Position numbers and translations under genes: made by a program. The notes beneath the pieces are model-generated. The model was not told where the DNA came from, did not search any database, and saw only the letters and a list, made by a program, of their open reading frames with translations. This document shows, piece by piece, positions 38,972 through 48,166 of a stretch of 64,000 nt of DNA (the stretch's first letter is position 1; each line of letters starts with the position of its first letter). Source of the stretch: Acidobacteriota bacterium (GTDB lineage Bacteria > Acidobacteriota > Vicinamibacteria > Vicinamibacterales > UBA2999); the NCBI GenBank assembly GCA_020851565.1, contig JADZCN010000075.1, positions 19,070 through 83,069 on the forward strand. Direction: 5' to 3'.

Positions 38972-39711
38972 TGCAGAGAGACGATGAGTTCTACATCGGC
39001 TACGAGGCGGCCATGCCGCCCGGCATGAGGCGCGTGGTGCGCACGTGGGTGGCGTGTGCGTCACTTCTGGCCCTCGTCATCGTGGCCGTTGTGACACTGG
39101 CCTCGCACCCGCTGGCCGTGTCGCGCTTCGTGTATGGCGAGACCAGGGCGTGGACGGGGTACCTCGTTCGCCTGCCGGCGCCGTCGTTGCTCGTCCCGGG
39201 CGAGCGCGGTTTCAGGCGCTATTGGCTCGTGTCGCGCGGCAAGCAAGGCGCGGACCGCGTACTCCGGGGCCTGGCGGACGGATGGGTGACGGTCCGTGGC
39301 TCGGAGATCGCGCGCGACCCCTGGCGCATGGTGGAGGTGGCCGAGGCTGCGTCATCGCGCGGGGCCGCTGCCCGACCTGCGCCTCCCGCCGCCGAACCGG
39401 GACCGGGAAGGCGCGTGTCCCTCCGCGGCGAGATCGTGGACAGCAAGTGCTTCCTCGGCGTCATGAACCCCGGCGAGCGGACGGTCCACCGCGACTGCGC
39501 GATCCGGTGCCTGAGCGGCGGCGTGACACCGATGCTGGCGTTCACGGACGAGGGCGGTGAGCACCAGCTGGCGGTCATCGTTGACGCCGCGGGCATCGTG
39601 CCGTTTCCCGCCATCCGCAACCGGGTCGGGCGGCCGGTCGAAGTGTCCGGACAATTGTTCACGGTGGACGACCTCCTGGTGTTGCGACTGGATTCGACGA
39701 CGGGAGCCTAG
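38968..39711 (+). CDS. Membrane-anchored hypothetical protein with three-Cys motif
   Basis: DEFYIGY, one TM, LRGEIVDSKCFLGVMNPG...HRDCAIRCLSGG. Confidence 0.75.
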   Translation: MMQRDDEFYIGYEAAMPPGMRRVVRTWVACASLLALVIVAVVTLASHPLAVSRFVYGETRAWTGYLVRLPAPSLLVPGERGFRRYWLVSRGKQGADRVLRGLADGWVTVRGSEIARDPWRMVEVAEAASSRGAAARPAPPAAEPGPGRRVSLRGEIVDSKCFLGVMNPGERTVHRDCAIRCLSGGVTPMLAFTDEGGEHQLAVIVDAAGIVPFPAIRNRVGRPVEVSGQLFTVDDLLVLRLDSTTGA

Positions 39712-39713
39712 CC

Positions 39714-41468
39714 ATGCCATGTCCAGGCTCCTCCGCTGGTCCGTTCACACTGGGACTGGGCACCGGGCTCGACGCGGTGCTGGGGCTCACGGCGCTGCAG
39801 CGGATGTACGAGACGCTTCCGCCCGGGGACTTCCCAGGGCGCGCGCTTGAACGGCTTGGTGTGCACGTCGAGGCTCGCGGTCTCGAGTGCGTGCCGGCGG
39901 ATGGCCCCACGGTGGTCGTCGTCAATCACCCGACCGGCGCGCTCGATGGCCTCGCGATGCTGGTCGCGCTGCGCCGCCGGCGACCGGACGTCCGGGTGGT
40001 CGCGAACCACCTGCTGACGCGGATTCCGGAGATGCGTGCCCGGGCGATTCCGGTGGACGCGTTCCGGCCGGGTGCGGCCGCAAGCTCGCGCGGCCTGCGC
40101 CAGGCCCGCCGGTGGCTCGAGCGAGGCGGTGCCCTCGTGCTCTTCCCGGCGGGTGCGGTGGCGCGCAGGGTTGATGGCGACGGGATGGCCGTTGACAGCC
40201 CCTGGCGAGAAGGCGTGCTCCGCCTGGTCGGCTGGACCGGCGCGGCCGTCGTGCCCGCGCACCTCGGTGGACGCCCGAGCCAGTGCTTCCGGGCCCTCAG
40301 CCGGATTCACCGGGCGCTAGGGACGCTCCTGTTGCCGCGCGAGTTGCTTCGGCAGACCGGCACGCGGGTCAGCGTGCGATTTGGTACGCGGGTCGAGAGC
40401 TCGCGGCTCGATGCCCTCCCATCGCCGGCCGCCCGCCTCGCGTACCTGCGGGCTCGTGTTCACGCGCTCTCGCCCGCGCCTCGCGCCGTGCGTGTCGAGG
40501 CGCCGCTGGCGCCCACGGTGATTCCGTCGCTGCTGAAGCGCGAGATCGAAGGGCTGCCCGACGAGTGCCGGCTGACGTCGATCCGCGACCTGGCCGTGTT
40601 TCACGCGAAGGCGGACCGGATTCCACACACCCTTCGCGAGATCGGCCGCCTCCGCGAGCGCACCTTCCGGGCCGCCGGTGAAGGTACCGGCCGGGCCATC
40701 GACCTCGACGCGTTCGACGAACGCTATACGCACCTGGTCCTCTGGAACCGCGCGAGGTCCGAGGTGGTCGGCGCGTACCGGATGGGCGTCGCGGGAGATC
40801 GACACGAGGCGCCGCCCCTCTACACCGAGACGCTGTTCGACTGGCGTCGTCGTCCTGGAGCGAGCCTCGGGCCGTCGATGGAGCTCGGCCGGTCGTTCGT
40901 GCGGGAGGAGTACCAGCGCGAGCCCGCGGCCCTGCTGATGCTGTGGAAGGGCATCGGCGCGATCGTGGCTCGGCGCCCCGGCGTTCGGCACCTGTTCGGC
41001 CCTGTGAGCATCAGCGCCGACTACCACTCGCTGACCCGCGAGCTGATCACGGCGTGGCTGTTGCGGCATGCTGCCGCGCCTGCCGCGGTGGCCGTGAAGC
41101 CGCGACACCCGGTGCGCTGCCGGCCCGAGGTGCGGATGCTGGTGGACTCAGGAGCCGTCACGACCCTCGGCGATCTGGACGAGGTGGTTCGGGAGCTCGA
41201 AGGCGGGCGCGGGCTGCCCGTTCTGCTGCGGCAGTACCTCCGCCTGAATGGCCGCGTGCTGGCGCTCAGCCGCGATCCCGACTTCGGGGATGTGATCGAT
41301 GCCCTTGTCGTGGTGGACATGCTCGAGATGCCGGCGGCCCATCTCGAGCGCTATTGTGGGGCGGAGGGCGCTGCCCGGATACGCGCAGCACACCGGCCCA
41401 GTGAGCCCAGCGAGGAACGGACGGCCGCGGGCGTGGCCCCTGTGCCTGCTATGGCCTCGTCGCGGTGA
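39714..41468 (+). CDS. PlsC-type O-acyltransferase fused to GNAT N-acyltransferase (OlsF-like amino-lipid synthase)
   Basis: NHPTGALDG and FPAGAV (PlsC); IGRLRERTFRAAGEGTG..DLDAFD..Y.HL, ELGRSFV, LLWKGI-like, QYLRLNG (OlsB-type GNAT). Confidence 0.88.
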   Translation: MPCPGSSAGPFTLGLGTGLDAVLGLTALQRMYETLPPGDFPGRALERLGVHVEARGLECVPADGPTVVVVNHPTGALDGLAMLVALRRRRPDVRVVANHLLTRIPEMRARAIPVDAFRPGAAASSRGLRQARRWLERGGALVLFPAGAVARRVDGDGMAVDSPWREGVLRLVGWTGAAVVPAHLGGRPSQCFRALSRIHRALGTLLLPRELLRQTGTRVSVRFGTRVESSRLDALPSPAARLAYLRARVHALSPAPRAVRVEAPLAPTVIPSLLKREIEGLPDECRLTSIRDLAVFHAKADRIPHTLREIGRLRERTFRAAGEGTGRAIDLDAFDERYTHLVLWNRARSEVVGAYRMGVAGDRHEAPPLYTETLFDWRRRPGASLGPSMELGRSFVREEYQREPAALLMLWKGIGAIVARRPGVRHLFGPVSISADYHSLTRELITAWLLRHAAAPAAVAVKPRHPVRCRPEVRMLVDSGAVTTLGDLDEVVRELEGGRGLPVLLRQYLRLNGRVLALSRDPDFGDVIDALVVVDMLEMPAAHLERYCGAEGAARIRAAHRPSEPSEERTAAGVAPVPAMASSR

Positions 41469-42252
41469 CGATGTGCGCCGTCACCGGGAACGTCACGGCA
41501 CCGGTCTCGTCCGCGTAGGCGCCGAGGGCCGACTCCGCTTCCTGGAGGATGCCGGCGATCTGCGTCTCGGTGAGTGCCACGCCCATGACGGGCAGCCAGC
41601 CGCGCAGGTCGGCTTCGACCATCGTGCGCACGGAAGGAAAGCGAGCGTTGCCCTGCTGAGTGGTGATGCGCAACGCTGCCACGCCGGCGCCGGTGAAGGT
41701 CGCGGCGAGCGTCTGGCGGTCGCCCAGCAGGAACGGCACGCGAACGGCATCGGCCGCCTGCTTCCCCGCCGTACGTTCCAGCAGGGCGACCTCGTCTCGA
41801 TAGCCCGGCGAGGATTCGAGCGGCCCCCACACCGCGACGGCCAGCCGCCCGCCCGGCGCCAGGACGCGAACCATCTCTGCCACGGCTGTGGCACGGTTGG
41901 CGAAGAACATCAGGCCGAACTGGCTGGCGACGACGTCGAACGACTGATCAGGGTACGGCAGCGCCTCGGCCACCCCCTGCTGCCAGGTGATGGCCGGCGC
42001 GCTCAGAGCGGCGACGGCCAGCATTCCCGGGTCTGGGTCCAGCCCGTCCACGACGCCCGACGTGCCGGCCCGTGCGAAGAGGGAGCGGGCCAGCACCCCG
42101 GTCCCGCACGCCACGTCCAGCGCGCGATCGCCCGGCCCGGTGTGCGCGGCCTCGGCCACCCGGGGCGCCCATGGCCCGAACAGCGCCGGGACGAACAGGG
42201 TGTCGTACGCGACGGCCGCATCGAGCTGCGGCTGCGAAGGGACTTCGCGCAT
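41449..42252 (-). CDS. Class I SAM-dependent methyltransferase
   Basis: ALDVACGTG, FDVVASQFGLMFF, LAPGG. Confidence 0.9.
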   Translation of the reverse strand: MREVPSQPQLDAAVAYDTLFVPALFGPWAPRVAEAAHTGPGDRALDVACGTGVLARSLFARAGTSGVVDGLDPDPGMLAVAALSAPAITWQQGVAEALPYPDQSFDVVASQFGLMFFANRATAVAEMVRVLAPGGRLAVAVWGPLESSPGYRDEVALLERTAGKQAADAVRVPFLLGDRQTLAATFTGAGVAALRITTQQGNARFPSVRTMVEADLRGWLPVMGVALTETQIAGILQEAESALGAYADETGAVTFPVTAHIVTATRP

Positions 42253-42277
42253 GCCGTCCTCCTCCCCAAGGGCTGCC

Positions 42278-43054
42278 TCACGGCAGGCGTTCGTATTCCG
42301 CGCGAACCACTTCGGGGGAGTAAATGCGTTCCAGGCGGCGCACCGTGAAGTGGCCGCGCGCCATGTCCTGGAAGTGATCGATGAACAGCACGTTGACGAC
42401 GCTGCCCCCGGCGGCCCCGATGATGGGAACGGCCTGGGCGGCCACCTTCTGCGAGACGTTGGCGCCGAAGCGCGACGCCAGCTGTGCGATCAACCGCAGG
42501 AGCGCGGGGGCGCCCTCCTCGGCGAGGCCCTTCTGCGCGACGTACTGCGCGGCCTGCGAGACCGAGCGGGCCAGCGCGGCTCTCACCACGAAGTAGGACG
42601 ATTCGCTCGCATCGTCCGCCGTCGTCCGGCCCCCCAGCGCGAAGACCTCCAGGCAGGCCAGCTTGGCGTCGGGCGCGGCCAGCACCTCGCCCTCGCTGCG
42701 CGCGATGTCCGCGATGGATCGGAGCATGATCGTCGTCGAAATCGGCAGCTCGATGGGCAGGCCCGCCAGGCCGAACGCGCCGCCGCCGGCGCCGGTGGCC
42801 GCGACGGCGAGCTTGTGCAGCCTCTCGCTGGCCCGCGAGCGGGGCTTGTCGTCCAGTGTGTTGAGGGCGACGTGCAGTGCCGTGTCGAGCGATTTCCTGG
42901 TGGCAATCGCAACGGCGTCGGACCAGCGCTCGGGCAGCATGGTCATCGCCTTCTCGAGCGGCATGCCGATGAGGTTCGTGAGCTTCGCGGCCAGCCCCGG
43001 GTTCTCGAGCAGGCGCTTCGCGTGGCGCAGGGCCTCGCGGTCCTCTGGCGTCAT
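42278..43054 (-). CDS. EcsC family protein
   Basis: GAGGGAFGLAGLPIELPIST..MLRSIADIA, QAVPIIGAAGG..N. Confidence 0.85.
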   Translation of the reverse strand: MTPEDREALRHAKRLLENPGLAAKLTNLIGMPLEKAMTMLPERWSDAVAIATRKSLDTALHVALNTLDDKPRSRASERLHKLAVAATGAGGGAFGLAGLPIELPISTTIMLRSIADIARSEGEVLAAPDAKLACLEVFALGGRTTADDASESSYFVVRAALARSVSQAAQYVAQKGLAEEGAPALLRLIAQLASRFGANVSQKVAAQAVPIIGAAGGSVVNVLFIDHFQDMARGHFTVRRLERIYSPEVVRAEYERLP

Positions 43055-43089
43055 CGAAACACCGCTCCACTCGCGCCGGTCAGCGTGTG

Positions 43090-43725
43090 TCACCATCCGA
43101 GCCTCGCCTGGAGGAGCGGCCTGGCCAGGTTCCACCGCATGTCTCCAAAGAATTGCTCGGGGCGTGCCGCCGAGCTGTATTCGTAGCTGGCCGGATCGCG
43201 ACTGGCGTGTATCGCGGCCTTGGGCAGCAGCTGGTGCGTGAACTCGTGTACCGCCCCGCGCCCGATGCCGCGCCCAATCGCCGTGATGAGGGTGTCCCGT
43301 GTCGCGCTCTCCGGCGCGTAGACCGTCGCGCCGCTGGCGAAGAACGAGAAGCTGACGGTGCCGATGCCACCGATGCCCGGGACCCCCCGCGACTGGCCGG
43401 CCACCTTCATGTCGCGCCGGGTTCGCGGGTCGCGGACCTCCTGGACCACCTGCACCCGGTACGGCGCCTGTCGCTTGTCCGTGACCGTGATGCCGAGCCC
43501 CTCGAAGGCCGCGACGAGCTCGGCCCGGGCGACGGCGGAGATGGTGTGGAGATCGGCTGGCGTCAGCGTTCCCCCGATGCGTGTCGAGGCGTAGGACACC
43601 GGCTCGAACCAGAAGCCCGCCTCGATCGTGCGCGGCCCGCGGCGTTCGGCGAGGATCAGCGCTGACGCCCCCGCAGCGACGAGCACCGTCACGAGCCCCA
43701 CGGTGTGTGGCGAAACCCGGGCCAT
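43090..43725 (-). CDS. Exported HExxH hypothetical protein
   Basis: N-terminal TM; GRGAVHEFTHQLL..H motif, similar to 1606-2265. Confidence 0.7.
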   Translation of the reverse strand: MARVSPHTVGLVTVLVAAGASALILAERRGPRTIEAGFWFEPVSYASTRIGGTLTPADLHTISAVARAELVAAFEGLGITVTDKRQAPYRVQVVQEVRDPRTRRDMKVAGQSRGVPGIGGIGTVSFSFFASGATVYAPESATRDTLITAIGRGIGRGAVHEFTHQLLPKAAIHASRDPASYEYSSAARPEQFFGDMRWNLARPLLQARLGW

Positions 43726-43797
43726 GCGCCCACTATGCACCCGGGATCGCGGTCGCGACAAGCCATTTGACGGCGGCCCGGGAACGCCGCCCGGCAC

Positions 43798-43977
43798 TCA
43801 GGGTTGCGGGACCTCTCCGATGAGGGCGCGCCAGATCCAGCCGAAGACGTAGGCGACGATGAACCAGGCCAGCAAAGCCACTCCGACTACCATGGCCACC
43901 GGGCTGGGCCGCCCCCCGCCACGCCGCGGCCCCAGTGCCAGGAGCGCGAAGATGGCGAGCAGGACGAGGAACTCCAT
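43798..43977 (-). CDS. Small two-TM membrane protein (59 aa)
   Basis: MEFLVLLAIFALLALG...; fills the gap after the GNAT gene. Confidence 0.5.
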   Translation of the reverse strand: MEFLVLLAIFALLALGPRRGGGRPSPVAMVVGVALLAWFIVAYVFGWIWRALIGEVPQP

Positions 43978-43982
43978 GGGAA

Positions 43983-44453
43983 TCACGTAGCCGTGCCGAT
44001 CCTGGTGGGCCTGGCCATGATCACGTAAGGCGCCGGGGTGAACCCGCATCGCTCGTAGGCGCGCAGCGCGCGCGCGTTGGCGCGATGCGCATACAGGCGG
44101 AGATCGAGCGCGCCGGCGGCGCGTGCCTCCGTCCACAGGCGATCCAGGAGCCGATCGACGAGGCCGTGCCCGCGATGCGCGGGCGCGATGTAGAGGCTCT
44201 GCACCCACCAGTAGTCGCCGCCGTGGAAGTTGCTCCATTCCGTCACGATCGAGGTGCTGGCGACGATGTGCCCCTCCGTGGACTCCGCCACCCAGTACGC
44301 AGCGCGGGGGTGTTCCCTGAAGGCGCCTTCCACGCCGCGACGGACGGCGGCGGCATCGAGATGGAGGCTCTCGGCTTCACGCGCTTCCTCGAGGGTCAGG
44401 GTCACGATCGCCTCGATGTCTTCCGGGACGGCGCGCCGGATGAACGGAGTCAT
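43983..44453 (-). CDS. GNAT N-acetyltransferase
   Basis: EWSNF..G.YWWVQSLYI.PAHRGHG, N.RA...Y...GF. Confidence 0.9.
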   Translation of the reverse strand: MTPFIRRAVPEDIEAIVTLTLEEAREAESLHLDAAAVRRGVEGAFREHPRAAYWVAESTEGHIVASTSIVTEWSNFHGGDYWWVQSLYIAPAHRGHGLVDRLLDRLWTEARAAGALDLRLYAHRANARALRAYERCGFTPAPYVIMARPTRIGTAT

Positions 44454-45085
44454 CGTGACAACGCGAGGGTGAACGGCGGGTAGTCGTCCACCATCAGCAG
44501 CATGTAGGCCTCGACGCGAAGGCGCCACTGGAGAGCTGCGATGCCGAAGCCGTAGAGCGCCTGTGGATACCGGCCCGTGAACACCACCGCAAACCAGGCA
44601 AGCATCGTCGTGAAGGCCCAGGCCACGAGGAGGAAGAACAGCACGATGAGGTGCGGAATGGCGAAGATGAACCGGAGCGCGACGGAGAGGCGATCGCGTC
44701 GACCGGGCGGATCGACGATCTCGATGCCCGCCGGATACGGTGCGTCTCCCAAGGGCGGATAGGCGTCGGCGAGGAGCATGAGGTAGGCCAGTGCCCGGAC
44801 ACGCCACCGCAGGTAGAACGCGGTGAACTGCCGGATACCGACGATGTGGGTGCCCGCGATCACGATGGTGAACCAGCTGACGATGGCCAGGACGATGGCA
44901 ACGGCCCCGAGCAGGCCACCTTCCCACCCGGCTGTCGTCCGCTGATCGTCCTGGCCCGCCATGCCGAGGCCCACGCCGCCGACGAGGATCAGGTGCGGAA
45001 TCGCCAGGATGAGCCGGAACGCCGTGGTCAGACGGTTCCTGTTCACGAGCGCCGGCTCCACGGCGACGGACACGGGATAGGCCAT
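44450..45085 (-). CDS. DUF4389-type membrane protein
   Basis: Two repeats of R.ILAIPH...RV.AY..L..D.YPP. Confidence 0.85.
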   Translation of the reverse strand: MAYPVSVAVEPALVNRNRLTTAFRLILAIPHLILVGGVGLGMAGQDDQRTTAGWEGGLLGAVAIVLAIVSWFTIVIAGTHIVGIRQFTAFYLRWRVRALAYLMLLADAYPPLGDAPYPAGIEIVDPPGRRDRLSVALRFIFAIPHLIVLFFLLVAWAFTTMLAWFAVVFTGRYPQALYGFGIAALQWRLRVEAYMLLMVDDYPPFTLALSR

Positions 45086-45188
45086 GGCCGAGCACTATAC
45101 AGGAGTCCCTCGTGCCGACCGCGTCGCGGCGTGCGAGTCCGGGCCGACTCCCGAGCCTGTCGGCCTCACGCCGGCCATCGAGCGCGCG

Positions 45189-46199
45189 TCACTGGTTGAG
45201 GCCGGGGTGCTCTCCGTAGAAGGCCTCGACGCAGCTCGGGCACAGCCCGTGGCTGAACTGGGCGAGGCTGTGCTCGCCAAAATGCGCCTCAACCGTTCGC
45301 CACTCCCCCTTTTCCTCGCAGATCTTCTTGCAGCCGGCGCAGATGCGAATGATCTCCTGCAGCCCCGACCAGCGTTGGTTGGTGAGATCCGTGTCCGTAC
45401 CCACCATGCGCACTGGCGCGCCCTCCGCGGTGCGCTCGACGACCCGGCCGCAGTCGAGGTTCCAGCGCCAGCTGCCATCTTTCCGGCGCAGGCGGTTCAC
45501 GCACTCGTAGGCAGGCGTGCGGCCCTCGAAGTGGTCGGCGAGGGTCGCGCGCACCCGGGGCATGTCGTCCGGGTGAATGAGGCTTTCCCAGAAGCCGGTG
45601 GTGGGAGGGACCTCCTCCGGCGAGTAGCCGAGCGACGCGATCCAGAAGGGGCTGAAGTACACCTCGCCCGTCTGCACGTTCCAGTCCCAGGCGCCGGCGC
45701 GCGTGGCCTGCAGGACCAGTCCCAGGCGCTCCTCGCTCCGCCGCAAGTCCTCCTGGGCACGCTTGACCGCGGTGATGTCTATCTGGACGACCACCCAGAT
45801 GGTCCCGTACGCCGCGTGATCCAGCGTCGTCACGTGAGCCTGGCACCAGAGACTGGAGCCGTCCTTCTTGCGGTTCTCGACCTCCCCCCGCCAGGCGGTC
45901 TCCGCGTTCAAGTGGGTGATGATGTCGCGCGCGATGTCTTCGGGCGACCGCTCACCGGGCGCATTGAGTAGCGACACGGGCCGGCCCTCGAGCTCACCGG
46001 CCGCGTAGCCGAACATGGCGGTGAAGCGGGGGTTCGCGTAAAGGATTGTCGCGTCCGAGGTCCGCACGAGCATGACACCGGCGAACATGTTGGCGACAAT
46101 CGCCGCCAGCAGGTGTTCGTCGGCTCCCGGAGGGATGGCGGGCAGCGCCCCGTCGGAGCGGGCCGGTAGTGGTGGCTCCTGGATCGACCCTTCGGACAT
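45189..46199 (-). CDS. PAS-PAS protein with C-terminal Cys/His (Zn-ribbon-like) domain
   Basis: Two PAS/PAC domains; ICAGCKKI...W..VE...FSHGLCPSC; no kinase or cyclase domain. Confidence 0.85.
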   Translation of the reverse strand: MSEGSIQEPPLPARSDGALPAIPPGADEHLLAAIVANMFAGVMLVRTSDATILYANPRFTAMFGYAAGELEGRPVSLLNAPGERSPEDIARDIITHLNAETAWRGEVENRKKDGSSLWCQAHVTTLDHAAYGTIWVVVQIDITAVKRAQEDLRRSEERLGLVLQATRAGAWDWNVQTGEVYFSPFWIASLGYSPEEVPPTTGFWESLIHPDDMPRVRATLADHFEGRTPAYECVNRLRRKDGSWRWNLDCGRVVERTAEGAPVRMVGTDTDLTNQRWSGLQEIIRICAGCKKICEEKGEWRTVEAHFGEHSLAQFSHGLCPSCVEAFYGEHPGLNQ

Positions 46200-46347
46200 C
46201 ACACCTCGCACAGACTCCGGCGGCAAGGTGGGGACGGCCCCGGACGCTGCCGTCAATCTTACATGGCCAACCCGCGCGTAGCCACCTGAGCGCCAGTCGC
46301 CGGGGCCGGGCGACGGATTGGCGGCAGAGGTCGTATGCTATTCGGCA

Positions 46348-46974
46348 GTGGCGTCCCCGACCGAGACCACCCCGACTCCCCCGTCCGCCTCGCCCGACCA
46401 GGCGCTGCTCGAGGCGCTTCGCTCCCGCGCGCCGGGAGCGTTCGAGCAACTCGTCCGCACGCACGGCGGTCGCCTGCTCGCCGTCGCCCGGCGCCTGCTC
46501 GGCAACGAGGAGGACGCGCGCGATGCCGTGCAGGAAACCTTCATGAACGCGTACCGCAGCATCGACCGCTTCGAAGGCGGGTCGCTGCTCTCGACCTGGC
46601 TGCACCGCATTGCGGTCAACGTCTCGTTGATGAAGCTGCGCACGCGGAAGCGCAAGCCTGAGGAGTCGCTGGACCACCTGCTGCCCGCCTTCAAGGACGA
46701 CGGGCACTTCGCCGAGCGGTTCGAGAGCGGCTCGGAGCCGGCGGACGTGCGCCTGTCCCGGATCGAGGAACAGGCGGCGGTCCGGGCGGCCATCGACCAG
46801 CTGCCCGGGCACTACCGAACCGTCCTGCTGCTCCGCGACATCGAAGGAATAGACACTCGCGACGTGGCCGAGCAGCTCGGCATCACGGCCAATGCCGTCA
46901 AGCTCCGGTTGCACCGGGCCCGGCAGGCGCTCCGGACGCTGCTCGCACCGCGCCTCGGGAGAACCGATCGATGA
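46348..46974 (+). CDS. ECF RNA polymerase sigma factor (copy 2)
   Basis: Close paralog of 34650-35267; RFEGGSLLSTWLHRIAVN is identical. Confidence 0.95.
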   Translation: MASPTETTPTPPSASPDQALLEALRSRAPGAFEQLVRTHGGRLLAVARRLLGNEEDARDAVQETFMNAYRSIDRFEGGSLLSTWLHRIAVNVSLMKLRTRKRKPEESLDHLLPAFKDDGHFAERFESGSEPADVRLSRIEEQAAVRAAIDQLPGHYRTVLLLRDIEGIDTRDVAEQLGITANAVKLRLHRARQALRTLLAPRLGRTDR

Positions 46975-47246
46975 GCAAGATGACCTGCCGAGCCTGCTCG
47001 GACTTTCTGGTGGACTACCTCGAGGGCCAGCTGGATCCCGAGGTCCGGGCCACGTTCGAGTTCCACCTGGACAAGTGTCGCAACTGCCGGACCTACCTGG
47101 AGCAGTACGCCGCGGTCATCAGGGCGGGCCAGTGTGCCTGCGAGCGCGAGAACGAGCAGGCTGCTGGAGCGTTACCCGAAGAGCTGGTCCGGGCCATCCT
47201 CGAGGCCCAGGGGGATGAGGGAAGTGGAAGAGGAAGTAAGAAGTGA
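46971..47246 (+). CDS. Soluble ZAS anti-sigma factor with extra cysteines
   Basis: CRAC...HLDKCRNC...CAC; ATGA-coupled to the sigma gene. Confidence 0.92.
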   Translation: MSKMTCRACSDFLVDYLEGQLDPEVRATFEFHLDKCRNCRTYLEQYAAVIRAGQCACERENEQAAGALPEELVRAILEAQGDEGSGRGSKK

Positions 47247-47317
47247 GAAGTTGGAAGTCAGGGAGGAGTCGCGGGTGAGACGTCGGAACTGAGTAGCTCG
47301 AAGAAGGGGCAGTTTCC

Positions 47318-48055
47318 TCACAGGGGCGCGGGGGTTTCTCGTTCGGTACCGGCCGTGACGTCATCCGGCACCGGGCCCTGCCGGCGGGCGTAGAGAAACG
47401 ACAGGCCGAAGATGACCACGATCAGCCCGAGCGACAGCCACTTCGGGATCTCGAAGTGGATCCATCCCAGCCCGTGGAAGTACTCGACCAGCAGCTTGAG
47501 GCCCACCCACGCGATGATGATGAACGCGCCATCCACCAGCGCCGGGTAGCGCCGCACGAGGGCCAGCAGCTGGCCAATCACCAGGCGCATGGCGATGATG
47601 CCCAGGATGCCGCCGGTGATGATCACCCACAGCTTGTTGGACATCGCCACGGCCACCAGGATGGAATCGATGGCGAAGACGATGTCGGTCAGCTCGACGC
47701 GGACCACCGTGGCCCAGAACGCGGTGAGGCCGAGCCACGGCTGGGCAGGCTTGAATTCGCGCCGGGTCTCGGAGTCGCCATGGCCGAAGAAGTGCTGGTA
47801 CGTGAGGTACAGCAGGTAGAGCCCACCGAGGAGGTGGACCCACAGCAGCTGGATCATGTAGGCGGCACCAGCCGTGGCAAGGGCCCGGAAGGCGAACGCG
47901 CCGAGGATGCCGTAACGGAGGGCCTTCTGCTGCTGAGATCGCGGCAGGCCCAGTACCAGCACGGCCAGGACCATCGCGTTGTCGGCGCTCAGCAGCCCCT
48001 CGAGGGCCACGAGCAGGGCGATGGTGATGAAGTCGGAAGCGTGAACGTCGAACAC
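47318..48055 (-). CDS. TerC family membrane protein
   Basis: LEGLLSADNAMV, DIVFAIDSILVA. Confidence 0.93.
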   Translation of the reverse strand: MFDVHASDFITIALLVALEGLLSADNAMVLAVLVLGLPRSQQQKALRYGILGAFAFRALATAGAAYMIQLLWVHLLGGLYLLYLTYQHFFGHGDSETRREFKPAQPWLGLTAFWATVVRVELTDIVFAIDSILVAVAMSNKLWVIITGGILGIIAMRLVIGQLLALVRRYPALVDGAFIIIAWVGLKLLVEYFHGLGWIHFEIPKWLSLGLIVVIFGLSFLYARRQGPVPDDVTAGTERETPAPL

Positions 48056-48118
48056 GTGCCCTGCCAGTATATCGCGCGCCGACGCCCGCCCTGGCCGAGG
48101 CTTCGGCCGGCAAGCTCC

Positions 48119-48162
48119 ACTCCCGACTGCCGACTCCCGAATCCCGCTCCCCGACTCCCGAC
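48119..48162. repeat. Heptamer tandem repeat (ACTCCCG-like) x6
   Basis: ACTCCCG ACTGCCG ACTCCCG AATCCCG CTCCCCG ACTCCCG. Confidence 0.8.
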
Positions 48163-48166
48163 ACCG

